DNA of 64,000 nt, taken from Eledone cirrhosa. Lineage: Eukaryota. The position numbers and the translations under genes were made by a program. How positions within the stretch are numbered: the stretch's first letter is position 1; every line of letters begins with the position of its first letter. Below are positions 1 to 14,329 of this stretch, one piece after another. The stretch is from NCBI GenBank assembly GCA_964016885.1, contig OZ024741.1, positions 88,102,001-88,166,000 of the forward strand, in the 5' to 3' direction. The notes beneath the pieces were generated by a model. That model was not told the origin of the DNA, made no database searches, and saw only the letters and a program-made list of their open reading frames with translations.

Positions 1-3000
1 ATCCCACCCTCCCAACTTCAGAGTTGGTACTATGAACGTACGTACATTAAAAGGTTGCTCAAATGAGGTTGTAGAGATGCTTGAACGTAAAGAAGTTGAT
101 GTTTGTTGTATTCAAGAGGCTAGGTGGAGAGGGGGTATGCCAGATTCATTGTGGGTAAAAAACGATGCTATAAACCTTTCTGGGAGGGAAATGACAACGG
201 ACTGGGTGGAGTAGGAATTATGTTAGCTGAAAAATGGGTAGATAAGGTAATCGACGTAAATAGAGTAAATGACAGAATAATTAAAATAAGGCTAGTTCTA
301 AATAAAACTACTGTGACAATAATATCCGCTTATGCACCCCAATCTGGTCTACTTGACGTTATAAAGGACAGGTTCTATGAGACGCTAATGCACACTACCT
401 CCCAAATAACCGACAGCGACTACCATATTATTGCTGGCGATCTAAACGGCCACGTTGGACAACATGGTGATGGCTATGATGGAATCTATGGAGGCTATGG
501 GGTTGGAAATAGAAATGAGGAAGGCTTCAGAATCCTGGAATTCTGTGACGCCAATAACCTAACTATCTGTAACACAAACTTCAAAAAACGTGAAAACCAC
601 TTGATCACCTATAGATCAGGGGAACACGCCAGCCAGATAGATTATATCCTTACTAGAAGACGGGACAAAGTGTCTGGTGTAAACACTAAATCCCTCCCCC
701 GTGAAGAATGCACCTCCCAACAAAGCCTAGTAGTTAGTGACCTCACAGTCAGGAATAGATGTACTCGACAACAGAGGAGGCCTACCTTGAGAAGAATATG
801 AAGTTGAAGGACCCCATAGCCAGTGACAAATTTAAAAGCTTATTACTTGATGCCTTTGACAATAAGGAAGAGCATTTAGAGACGTGCGATATAGAGGAAC
901 AGTGGCAATTCTTGAAAGTGAACCTGCTGAAAGCAACGGATGAAATCTGTGGCTGGAGCAGACCTATTGGCAGGAGGAGAGTAACTTGGTGGTGGAACAG
1001 TAAGGTAGAAGAGACAATCAAGGCCAAAAAGCAGGCTTGGAAAGTATGGCAGGATGGGGGAAGTAGAAAGCACTATCAAGTGGCCAGGAGAGAAGCTAGG
1101 AGACAAGTGTACTTTGCAAAAAGGGAAGCAGAGGAAAGAAAGTTCAAGCATGTTCTACAACATGAGGACCAAAAACGCGAGGTGTTCAGGATTGCTAGAC
1201 AATGTGTCAAGGAAAACCGTGATATTGTCGGGGAGAAGTGTGTCCGTAATGATAAAGGTGTACTTGCCCTCACTGATGCTGATAAGAAGATAGCCTGGAA
1301 GTGTCACTACGAGAGACTATTAAATGAAGAGAATAAGTGGGAAAAAGATAGTCTGCCCCAAATCAATCCAATAGAAGGACCAGCGGTGCAAGTTAAAGGT
1401 AGTATAATAAGTAAGGCAATCAAAGATATGAAGACAGGCAAGGCAGCTGGGCCTTCAGAGATAGTTGCTGAGATGTTGAAGGCATCTAGTATGGTGGGAC
1501 ACACTATGGTCACCCGTATAGTTAACCAAGTAATACAGAATGGGGTCATACCAAAAGACTGGCGTAACAGCATCATCATTAACTGCTACAAGGGTAAAGG
1601 AGATGCTCTAGATAGAGGAAACTATAGAAGCATTAAGTTAGTTGACCAAGTCATGAAGGTCACAGAAAGAGTTATAGCGCAACTAATCAGAGAGCGAATT
1701 GATCTAGATAAAATGCAGTTTGGGTTTGTGTCAGGTAAAAGTACCACAGACGCTCTTTTCCTTGTACGACAACTACAAGAGAAGTACCTAGCTAAAAGTA
1801 AACTCCTCTACTTAGCTTTTGTAGACCTGGAAAAAGCCTTTGACAGAGTCCCCCGCTCCATTATCTGGTGGGCTCTTAGAAAACAAGGTGTAGATGAATG
1901 GCTTGTGAGAGCTATACAAGCCATGTATAATGAAACAGTCAGTAAGGTTAGAATTAACAATGAATATTGTGAAGAATTTAGTGTAAAAGTTGGTGTTCAC
2001 CAAGGCTCTGTCCTTAGCCCCCTCCTATTTATTATTGCCCTTCAGGCTATAACAGAGGAGTTCAAGACCGGCTGCCCATGGGAACTCATATACGCAGATG
2101 ATCTAACACTCGTAGCTGAATCAATGGATGAACTAAAAAAGAAATTCCAAATATAGAAGCATGGCCTATAATCAAAAGGCCTTAAAGTTAACTTGTCTAA
2201 GACTAAAGTCCTAGTTTGTAGAAAGGAAAATAAGGCACAGGTACCCTCAGGGAAATGGCCTTGCTCAGTATGTAAGAAAGGAGTAGGCAGAAATTAAATT
2301 TTATATCCCAAATGCAAACTATGGGTACATAAAAGATGTAGTGGGATCACAGGTAAACTAAGAACGTAGACTTTATATGTGGCCGATGCTCAGGTGCAAT
2401 AGGTAGCAAGTGTCCACAGGATACTAGCCCCTTCTATTGCCCAGATGGTTCTATAGAAATAGTAGACACTTTCCGTTACCTGGGTGATAAATAAAATAAC
2501 TTCCTATCACCAAAATCAGTGGTGGAGGGTCTCCAGAGTCAGAACGGGATGGAAAAAGTTCAGAGAGCTTATACCGCTGTTGGTCACAAAAGGTTTCTCT
2601 CTAAAAATGAAAGGCAGATTGTATGATGCTTGTATACAAACAGCAATGCTACATGGCAGTGAGACAAGGGCATTACGTGCAGAGGACCTACGTAGACTGG
2701 AAAGGAACGAAGCATGTATGCTCCGTTGGATGTGTAATAGTAATATACGTGAACGGCAAAGCATAAATGAACTAAGTGAGAAATTAGGAATAAGAGGGAT
2801 CAGATGCTGTTTACTTGAGAGAAGACTACGTTGGTATGGCCCTGTGATGCGCATGAAAGACGACAGCTGTATAAAAAAGTGCAGGGCGATCAAAATTGAT
2901 GGTAGTTACGGAGTAGGTAGACCCAGAAAAGCCTGGGACGATCTGATAAATTCTGACCTTACACACTTGCACCTCTCTAAGACAATGTCACTGGACGGAG

Positions 3001-3440
3001 ATCTTTGGCGCTACGCAGTAATACAGAAGACCCGCCTTGCCTATGTACAAAGAGAAACCTACAGTCAGGAGGCACCTCTTAACCAAATATACACCCCAAT
3101 CCACTACCCCTACCCTATCCTCCCACCAACACCACCCTCTCTCTATAAAGTTGGTACCACAACATCCAGTCCAAATAAATGAGATAATGAGATCGTATAG
3201 GTGTCACGAGAAAAAAATACAGTCCACGCTGTATTGTGGTCGTGTAGGTAACACGATAAAAAGTTCCCAGTTCCACACTGTAAATGTGGTTGGTGTTAGG
3301 AAGGGCATCTAGCCGTAGAAAACCTGCTAGATAGTCCTATATGAGCGAGACACGGTCACCCAAACAACCTTGCCTCAAGTGGGACAACTCCTGTCTAACA
3401 CATGCTAGCGTGGAAAATGGACGTTAAACGATGATGATGA
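1..3440 (+). mobile_element. RTE-clade LINE, near full-length, degraded (APE + RT + PHD-like finger remnant)
   Basis: ORF pieces 124-801 (YAP, GDLN, QIDY), 759-2156 (QG..LSP, YADD) and 2484-3182, broken by frameshifts and stops; 3' terminus ...GGACGTTAAACG followed by a (ATG)n tail near 3431-3440. Confidence 0.95.
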
Positions 3441-3448
3441 TTTGTGTG

Positions 3449-3503
<55 letters not shown>

Positions 3504-3754
3504 GTGTGTGTGTATATATATGTGTATATATATATATGTGTGTGTGTATATATATGTGTATATATATATGTGTGTGTGTATATATATATATATGTGTGTA
3601 TATATATATATGTGTGTATATATATATATATATATGTGTGTATATATATATATATATATGTGTGTGTATATATATATATATGTGTGTGTGTATATATATA
3701 TATATATGTGTGTGTATATATATATATATATGTGTGTATATATATATATATATA
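3441..3754. repeat. Compound (TG)n(TA)n microsatellite between two tail-to-tail LINEs
   Basis: Directly visible. Confidence 0.97.
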
Positions 3755-5280
3755 TCATCATCATCATCATCACCGTTTTACGTCCGTTCTTCCACGCTAG
3801 CATGGGTTAGACGGGTTGTCCTGTTGTGTGCAGTGTCTGGTCGGCTGACCATGCCTTGCTCATACAGGAACTGATCTGGCTTGATTTCTACAGCTGGATG
3901 CCCTTCCTAACACCAACCTCATTTACAGTGAGTGGTGGGTGCTTTTTCGTGGTGCCTACACGTCCACTTTACAGTGTGGGCTGGGTGCTTTTTTGCCGTG
4001 GCACCTCCAAGACCACCTTGCGGGGCGGGGGGGGGGGGGGGGATATTGTTTATATGCTTCAGCATGTACCCATGGGAGGTCGGGTACTCTGTATTACTGC
4101 ATGACGCCAGAAGTCACGGTCGTGTGTCATTGTCTTTGAGAGGTGTAGTTGGGTAAGGTCGGCTTTTATCACCTCATCCCAGGTCATCTTGGGTCTCCCC
4201 ACTCCACGGTTTCCATCAACTTCTAGTGCTCTGCACCTTTTTATGCAGCTGTCATCCTTCATACGCATCACATGTCCATACCAGCGCAACCGCCTCTCCT
4301 GCACACAGCATTTGATTCCTCTTATGCTCAGTCTCTCTCTCAATTCATTTATGCTTTGTCGTATATTACTGTTGCACATCCATCGGAGCATGCAGGCTTC
4401 GTTTCTCTCTAATCTACGTAAGTCTTCCACCTTCAGCGCCCAGGTCTCACTACCATGCAACATCGCTGTTCAGATACACGCATCATACAGTCTGCCTTTC
4501 ATTTTGAGGGAGAAGCCTTTTGCAGCTAGCAGTGGTAGTAGTTCCCTAAACTTCTTCCATCCCGTTCTTACCCAAGTTATTGTACTTTCTGAACACCCAC
4601 CTCCGTTGCTAATTCGGTCACCTAGGTAGCAGAAGCTGTCTACTGTTTCTACAGGGCCCTCCCAGAGATTGGTGGTACTTGTTTCCTGTGGCTGTTTGCT
4701 GCTTGCTGTTTCAGCACAGCTGCTGCATGTGAATCCTACATTCTTAATTAAGCTTCCTGAGATCCCGCTACATCTCTTGTGTACCCATTGTTTGCATTTG
4801 GGGCAGAGAATGGAGTTCCTACCTACACCTTTCCTACATACTGAGCAAGGCCATTTCCCTGAGGGGATCTGGGTTCTGTTTTCTCGTCTACTTACAAGGA
4901 CCTTAGTCTTTGTCATGTTGACTTTGAGACCCTTTCTTTCTAGTCCCTGCTTCCAGGTTTGGAATTTATTCTCTAGTTCTACCATAGATTCAGCTATGAG
5001 TGCGAGGTCATCAGCATACAGGAGTTCCCATCGGCATCCGGTCTTAAACTCCTCCGTTATTGCCTGCAGGACTATGATGAACAGGAGAGGGCTAAGAACA
5101 GAGCCCTGGTGGACCCCAACCTGTACGCTAAATTCCTCGCTATACTCATTGCTAATCCTAACTTTGCTGACTGCTCCCCTATACATGGCTTGTACCGCTT
5201 TCACAAGCCATTCATCTACTCCTAGTTTTCTAAGAGCCCACCAGATTACAGCGCGTGGAACTCTGTCAAAGGCTTTCTTC
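3755..5280 (-). mobile_element. RTE-clade LINE, 5'-truncated, second subfamily
   Basis: Minus ORFs 4470-5204 (YADD; CSVC..CPKC..HKRC..CSSC) and 4059-4463 ([15 protein letters not shown]); (CAT)n tail at about 3755-3772. Confidence 0.93.
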
Positions 5281-6545
5281 CACCTCTTTTAAAGCTCGTC
5301 TCTATAATCATCATTCATCTTTTAAATACAAACTTAAAAGAACCAACACGGCTCTCTCAGAACTCATATGGTCCTTGAAAGACAAAAACATTAAATATAC
5401 CATCTTTTGGAAGAAGGTTTCTTCTGCGTCTTCATACTTGAACAGCTCTCTATCTAAAATCTGCAATCTCTGCCTAAATGAAAAATTTACCATTATCTCT
5501 AATCTAGATTCTATAATAAATAGACGAACTGATTTGTTTTCTATCTGCTTGCATAAATTCCATAAAACATTTCACAAGGTATACAGCTAATATTCAATTC
5601 TTTATCAATTTAGAATCTTTTTCTCAAAGGCACATATACATACATCTCTTTTAAAATATACCCATCTTCCTACCTTATTTCAAAGGGTATTATACACTCT
5701 ATAATACTTGTTTACTCATTACCCTTACTCTATTTTCACCTTGTAAAATCCTTCGTAACATATACATTTGTTTTGACGCCAGATTATTCATCCTTAATTC
5801 ATTATTTTTTTCTCCCTATCATCTAACTCATTCTCAATACATATTAACTCTTTCTTCGCACATATTATCAATTCCTTCAATATACAAACCTTAACTTCAC
5901 ATTATTTTTCTCAAATCCTTCAATACACAAACCTAAATTTTTTTTCTCTTCGTTAATTTTCAAATTTCCATAATACTTGTAAACATACACACTTTTTTTT
6001 GACGTTAGAATATTCATCCGCAATTCATTATTCTATTCTCTCTATCATCAAACTCATTATTCTAAATACATATTAACTCCCTCTCCTTCGTCGCACATAT
6101 TTTTCCCTTCGTTAATTTTCAAATTCTTTTAATTTATACATTATCTTCCAACGGTTTTCAACCTCTCTATGTAAAACAATATATCTTTCTCAGTTATAAA
6201 AACTATCTCTCTCTCTCTATCACCCATCTCTCCTCCTATCTCATCCTTCCTCATTATATTCCTCCCTCTCATCTCACCTTCACTCTCATCTCCTCCTCTT
6301 TTTTTCATCCTTTTCACCCCCCCCCCCCCTCTAAATAAAATATTTTTCCCAATATCACACATCAATCTAAAACTACTTCTCATATGTTGATTTAAAACTG
6401 CACTATCCACAACTGTTTTTTAGCCTTCATATCATGTCCTCCTGTTTTATCTGATGAAAACACAAATATTATTGCATGATGATGTTTGTTTTTGAAATGC
6501 GCATAATAAAATACATGGAACTCCTTTAACCATCTTTTGTTCTTA
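5276..6545 (+). mobile_element. Penelope-like element 3' remnant: C-terminal part of GIY-YIG endonuclease, 3' UTR and hammerhead
   Basis: 5276-5590 encodes STSFKARLYNHHSSF..TALSELIWSLK..W..CNLCLNEK..IINRRTDLFSICLH, the pattern of PLE GIY-YIG domains. An AT-rich UTR with an internal duplication (about 5770-5870 vs 5995-6100) follows, then a hammerhead motif, then (TA)n. Confidence 0.8.
6439..6519 (+). ncRNA. Type I hammerhead ribozyme (Penelope-associated)
   Basis: Stem I TGTTTTAT (6443-6450) pairs with ATAAAATA (6506-6513); core CTGATGA 6451-6457; long stem II 6458-6493; GAAA 6494-6497; palindromic stem III TGCGCA; AUA cleavage triplet 6503-6505. Confidence 0.75.
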
Positions 6546-7748
6546 TATATTATGTGTGTATATATATATATGTGTATATATATATATGTGTATATATATA
6601 TATGTGTATATATATATATGTGTATATATATATATGTGTATATATATATGTGTATGTGTGTATATATATATATATGTGTATATATATATATGTGTATATA
6701 TATGTGTGTATATATATATATATGTGTATATATATGTGTGTATATATATATATATGTGTATATATATGTGTGTATATATATATATATGTGTATATATATG
6801 TGTGTATATATATATATATGTGTGTGTATATATATATGTGTGTGTATATATATATATGTGTGTGTATATATATATGTGTGTGTATATATATATATGTGTG
6901 TGTATATATATATATGTGTGTATATATATATATGTGTGTGTATATATATATATGTGTGTGTATATATATGTGTGTATATATATATATATGTGTGTGTATA
7001 TATATATGTGTGTATATATATATATATGTGTGTGTATATATATATGTGTGTATATATATATATATGTGTGTGTATATATATATGTGTGTGTATATATATA
7101 TATGTGTGTGTATATATATATGTGTGTGTATATATATATATGTGTGTGTATATATATATGTGTGTGTATATATATATATGTGTGTGTATATATATATATG
7201 TGTGTATATATATATGTGTGTGTATATATATATATGTGTGTGTATATATATATATGTGTGTATATATATATATGTGTGTATATATATATATGTGTGTATA
7301 TATATATATGTGTATATGTATATGTGTATATATATGTATATGTGTATATATGTATATGTGCATATATATATATGTATATGTGTATATGTATATGTGTATA
7401 TATGTATATGTGTATATATATATATGTATATGTGTATATATATATGTATATATATATGTGTATATATATATGTATATATATATGTGTATATATATATATG
7501 TATATATATATGTGTATATATATATATGTATATGTGTATATATGTATATGTGTATATATATATATATGTATATGTGTATATATATATATATGTATATGTG
7601 TATATATGTATATGTGTATATATATATATATATGTATATGTGTATATATATATGTATGTGTATATATATATATGTATATGTGTATATATATATATGTGTA
7701 TATATATATATGTATATGTGTATATATATATATGTATATGTGTATATC
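6546..7748. repeat. 1.2-kb compound (TG)n(TA)n microsatellite
   Basis: Directly visible. Confidence 0.97.
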
Positions 7749-8776
7749 TGTTAGAACACGAAAAGTGTGAAACAACAGAATGTTCACTTTTCGTGTTCTA
7801 ACATATATGCGTAGCTTCTTAAAAAATTTTTCGGGGATAGCCGTGGTGGTGGTGATCGTATGTCATTGGCTAATTTTCAACCAATCAGAGTACCTCTCTC
7901 TATATCTCTTCCACTGTTACTTACGCCTGTTTCTCTCTATCTGTTCCGTCTCTATATATATCTCTTACTCTTTCGCTTTGCACTCCTCCCCTTCAATACC
8001 ATCTCTCCCCCTCTCTATATATTTGTTACTCTATCGCTGCACGCTCCTCTCCTTCAATATATCAATTACACACGCTTTACACTCCTTTATCCCCAGCGCC
8101 CCTATATATACACCCCCCCCCCCCTCTCCCGCATCTATATTTTAATGTACCGTTGCACCGTGAATATATGTGTCTATATATATATACATATATATTGTAT
8201 ATACACATTCATGTATGTGTATACACACTCATGTATGTATATACACTGGTTTTATGTGTGTATTGTAAATTTGTACTGTTAAAACACGAAACTAACATTC
8301 GATTGACACTTTGATTACCTGTACAGGCAATAGTTATTAGAATGCTGTTGAAGTGTGTATATATTTTTGGGGGACATCCTGTATATACACACATTATATA
8401 TAATACAATAAACAGATAAATACACACATATATATATGAGCTTATTTAATTATAAATATTGTGAATTTTTAACTCAGTTCAATTATATATATAAATGGTT
8501 TCTACAGGACTAGAACTGTTTCATTCGAAAGAAATCATCATAATATTGAGAGGGGGGACTAGATAAAATATTTCAAATCAAATGTGTATAAGTTATAAGT
8601 TAAAATGTATAAATAGAGACGATAGTGGAGGTATATCTGTTTAGTGGAACAGTAGACGATAGAATTAAATACAGACGATAATCTCCCTTTAATGAAACAG
8701 CAGACGATAGAATTAAGGCAATTTAAATTTTAAGCATTTGCATTTTTGCCTTTCATCGTTACACGAAAAATGCGCA

Positions 8777-9729
8777 TAGACATGAAAAATGCACAAGCTC
8801 AAAAGTGCCACAGAATGTTATAATAAACCTTCAAAAGTGTGGGACTAGAGTTGTTGCTAAAAAATATTGTAATCATTATATATCGTACATTCTGTGGCAT
8901 CCTTTATAAAAATAGCTTAAACCAACGAAGCCTTTATTTTTACGCTATTTCACTTAGTTAATTCTTAGAGTGTAACATATAAAAATATGATTTACAACTA
9001 TAAAATAAATTAATTAATATAATAACAGAGCTGCGGAGCTGAAATTTAGGAAATAATGGAGTATCGGATCCTGAGTTGGAGCCAGTCAATTTTTGACCGA
9101 CTCCGCAGCCCTGTATAATACATTTCATATTAAAGTTATTAATAAACCTATTTTACACTTCATGCAAATTACCACGAGATATTGATATTAGATATAAGAT
9201 ACAGCGCAATATCTACAGCTGTAAAAGTACGAAAGCGAAGTAATAATAAGTGGCTTAAGGTAATTCCAATATGAAAGTTTGTAGTGATAAAAATTTGATA
9301 ATGCAATACGATTGTTAATATTATAGTTCTATGAAAATGTAACAATAGATAACTAAATTATTTTACTATTAGTATATTTAAGAAATTATCATTATAGATT
9401 TGATCGTTCATATAAGCATCATATTAAGTTTCAACACAATTATTTTGTTACTATGAGTATATGATAATAATATTACGTAATTATTTATAGCTGTTATTAC
9501 ATTAAACATAGATGTATTTATTTTTATATGTTACACTCTAAGAATTAACTAAGTGAAATAGCGTAAAAATAAAGGCTTCGTTGGTTTAAGCTATTTTTAT
9601 AAAGGATGCCACAGAATGTACGATATATAATGATTACAATATTTTTTAGCAACAACTCTAGTCCCACACTTTTGAAGGTTTATTATAACATTCTGTGGCA
9701 CTTTTGAGCTTGCGCATTTTTCATGTCTA
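8777..9729. mobile_element. Fold-back/MITE-like element with ~211-bp near-perfect terminal inverted repeats
   Basis: 8777-8987 (TAGACATGAAAAATGC...) is the reverse complement of 9519-9729 (...GCATTTTTCATGTCTA); the spacer is non-coding. Confidence 0.8.
9026..9113. mobile_element. Tiny hAT-like MITE nested in the fold-back spacer
   Basis: Ends CAGAGCTGCGGAG and CTCCGCAGCCCTG are inverted; flanked by 8-bp TATAATAA / TATAATAC (7/8 match, putative TSD). Confidence 0.6.
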
Positions 9730-9866
9730 GTATATATATGTTTATGTGTATATATATATATATGTTTATGTGTATATATATATATATGTATATGTGTATA
9801 TATATATATATGTATATGTGTATATATATATATGTATATGTGTATATATATATATATGTATATGTG

Positions 9867-9907
<41 letters not shown>

Positions 9908-9914
9908 ATATATA

Positions 9915-11101
9915 TCATCATCATCATCAACGTTTAACGTCCGTGTTCCACGCTTGCATGGGTTTGGACGGGGGTATTCCCACTTGAGGCAAGAGTGATT
10001 GTCTTGCTCGCATAGGACTGTCTGGCAGGTTTTCTACAGTTGGATGCCCTTCCTAACACCAACCACATTTACAGTGTGGGTCTGGGAGGTTTTTACCGTG
10101 TTGCCTACACGGCCACATTACAGCGTGGACTGTGTGTTTTTTTGTTGTGACACCTACACAATCTCATTTGTTTCGGCCTGGATGGTGTGACACCAACATA
10201 ACTTTACATAGTGGGGGTGGTGGGACGGGGGTGTATTTTGTTAGAGATGCCTACTGGCTGTAGTAGGTTTTACTATGTATTTAGGTAAGGCGGGTCTTCT
10301 CTATTACTGAGTACCGCCAACGGTCTCGGTCCAGTGACATTGTCTTGGAGAGGTGTAAGTGTGTGAGGTCGGAGTTTATCAGCTCGTCCCAGGTTTTTCT
10401 AGGTCTGCCTATTCCGTGGCTACTGTCTATCTTTATTGCCCTGCACTTTGTTATACAGCTATCGACTTTCATGCGCATCACGTGTCCATACCAACGTAGC
10501 CTTCTCTCGAGTAAACAACATCTGATCCCTCTTATTTCTAATTTTTTCCTTAGTTCGTTTATGCTTTGCCGTTCACGTATATTACTATTACACATCCAGC
10601 GGAGCATGCAAGCTTCGTTCCTCTCTAGTCTGCGTATATCCTCTGCACACAATGCCCAGGTCTCACTGCCATGCAACATTGCTGTTCGTATGCAGGCATC
10701 ATACAACCTGCCTTTTATTTTTAGGGAGAACCCTTTACCGGCTAATAGTGGTATAAGCTCTCTGAACTTTTTCCATCCAATTCTGACTCTAGCTACTGTA
10801 CTTTCAGAGCACCCTCCCCCACTGCTGATTTTGTCACCCAGGTAATGGAAGCTGTCCACTATTTCTATAGAGCCCTCTGCGCAGTTGTAAGAGCTAGTAT
10901 TTTGTGGGTACTTGCTGCTACTTATTGCACCAGAGCACCGGCCACATGTAAAATCTATGTTCTTAGTTAGCTTACCTGTGATCCCACTACATCTTTTATG
11001 CACCCATACTTTGCATTTGGGACATAAAATGGAGTTTCTACCTACGCCTTTCCTACACACTGAGCATGGCCATTTCCCGGAAGGGACCGCTGCCTTATTT
11101 T
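9915..11101 (-). mobile_element. RTE-clade LINE, 5'-truncated, main young family
   Basis: ORF 10281-11060 covers the PHD-like finger and C-terminus; family 3' UTR; (CAT)n tail at about 9915-9928; (TA)n on both sides. Confidence 0.94.
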
Positions 11102-13678
11102 TATATATATATGTGTATATATATATATATATATGTGTATATATATATATATGTGTATATATATGTGTATATATATATGTGTATTTCTGTGTGTATATAT
11201 ATATATATATATATGTGTATATATATATGTGTATATATATATATGTGTATATATATGTGTGTATATATATGTGTATATATATGTGTATATATATATATAT
11301 GTGTATATATATATATATGTGTATATATATATATATGTGTATATATATATATGTGTATATATATATATGTGTATATATATATATGTGTATATATATATAT
11401 GTGTATATATATATATGTGTATATATATATATGTGTATATATATATATGTGTATATATATATATGTGTATATATATATATATGTGTATATATATATATGT
11501 GTATATATATATATGTGTATATATATATATGTGTATATATATATATGTGTATATATATATATGTGTATATATATATATGTGTATATATATATATGTGTAT
11601 ATATATATATGTGTATATATATATATGTGTATATATATATATGTGTATATATATATATGTGTATATATATATATGTGTATATATATATTTGTGTATATAT
11701 ATGTGTATATATATATGTGTATATATATATATGTGTATATATATATGTGTATATATATGTGTATATATATATGTGTATATATATGTGTATATATATATGT
11801 GTATATATATGTGTATATATATATATATGTGTATATATATATATATGTGTATATATATATATGTGTATATATATATATATGTGTATATATATATATATAT
11901 GTGTATATATATATATATATGTGTATATATATATGTGTATATATAGATATATATGTGTATATATATGTGTATATATATGTGTATATATATATATGTGTAT
12001 ATATATATATGTGTATATATATATATGTGTATATATATATGTGTATATATATATGTGTATATATATATGTGTATATATATATGTGTATATATATATATGT
12101 GTATATATATATATGTGTATATATATGTGTATATATATATGTGTATATATATATATGTGTATATATATATATGTGTATATATATGTGTATATATATATAT
12201 GTGTATATATATATATATGTGTATATATATATATATGTGTATATATATATATATATGTGTATATATATATGTGTATATATATATGTGTATATATATATGT
12301 GTATATATATATGTGTATATATATATGTGTATATATATATGTGTGTATATATATATGTGTATATATATATATGTGTATATATATATATGTGTATATATAT
12401 ATATGTGTATATATATATATGTGTATATATATATATGTGTGTATATATATATATGTGTATATATATATATGTGTATATATATATGTGTGTATATATATGT
12501 GTGTATATATATGTGTATATATATATGTGTGTATATATATATGTGTGTATATATATATGTGTGTATATATATATGTGTATATATATATGTGTGTATATAT
12601 ATATATGTGTGTATATATATATGTGTGTATATATATATGTGTGTATATATATATGTGTGTATATATATATGTGTGTATATATATATATGTGTGTATATAT
12701 ATATGTGTGTATATATATATGTGTGTATATATATATGTGTGTATATATATGTGTGTATATATATATGTGTGTGTATATATATGTGTGTGTATATATATGT
12801 GTGTATATATATATGTGTATATATGTATGTGTGTATATATGTATGTGTATATATATATGTGTGTGTATATGTGTGTGTATATATATGTGTGTGTATATAA
12901 ATATGTGTGTATGTATATATGTGTGTGTATGTATATATGTGTGTGTATGTATATATGTGTGTGTGTGTATATATGTGTGTGTGTATATATATATGTGTAT
13001 ATATATATATATGTGTATATATATATATATATATGTGTGTGTGTATATATATGTGTGTATATATATGTGTGTATATATATGTGTGTATATATATATGTGT
13101 ATATATATATGTGTATATATATATGTGTATATATATGTGTGTATATATATATGTGTGTATATATATATGTGTATATATATTATGTGTATATATATGTGTG
13201 TATATATATATGTGTATATATATATATGTGTATATATATATATGTGTATATATATATGTGTGTATATATGTGTGTATATATGTGTGTATATATATATATG
13301 TGTGTATATATATATATGTGTGTATATATATATATGTGTGTATATATATATATGTGTGTATATATATATATGTGTGTATATATATATATGTGTGTATATA
13401 TATATATGTGTGTATATATATATATGTGTGTATATATATATATGTGTGTGTATATATATATGTGTGTGTATATATATATGTGTGTATATATATATATATG
13501 TGTATATATATATATGTGTGTGTATATATATATATGTGTGTATATATATATATGTGTATATATATATATATATGTGTATATATATATGTGTATATATATA
13601 TGTCTATATATATGTGTATATATATATGTCTATATATATGTGTATATATATATGTCTATATATGTGTGTATATATATA

Positions 13679-13747
<69 letters not shown>

Positions 13748-13754
13748 GTGTGTG

Positions 13755-13785
<31 letters not shown>

Positions 13786-13841
13786 ATATATATATATGTG
13801 TGTGTATATATATATGTGTGTGTATATATATATGTATATAT
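11102..13841. repeat. 2.7-kb compound TGTG(TA)n microsatellite
   Basis: Directly visible; source of the spurious 940-aa ORFs. Confidence 0.97.
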
Positions 13842-14329
13842 ATGGTGGCTGCCAACTCGTTTTCGAGTACGGCCACTACTTTATATCCATGTAGGAGAAC
13901 CCCTACCGATGCGTTGAACAATAGTGACTTTTTAGTCCAGCCAGCGACTTGAAAACTCTGGTACAAACACTACACTTGTGACAATTATTGACACATAGTG
14001 CTGGGCCCATGGTACCATGTGACAAGTGCAGAGAGATCTCCAGATATAAAGCAATGCCTGTGCCGTGAAGCTTTTATAGTGAGCAAAGGCACTATAAAAG
14101 CTTCACGGCACAGGCATTGCTTTATATCTGGAGATCTCTCTGCACTTGTCGTCACATGGTACCATGGGCCCAGCACTATGTGTCAATAATTGTCACAAGT
14201 GTAGTGTTTGTACCAGAGTTTTCAAGTCGCTGGCTGGACTAAAAAGTCACTATTGTTCAACGCATCGGTAGGGTTCTCCTACATGGATATAAAGTAGTGG
14301 CCGTACTCGAAAACGAGTTGGCAGCCACC

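Noticed and set aside
8485-8545. Minus-strand hammerhead-like string TGATGA-TTTCTTTCGAAT-GAAAC..GTC
   Set aside because: The first core C is missing (ATGATGA), stem II closes with a mismatch and there is no stem I partner. At most a dead Penelope remnant.
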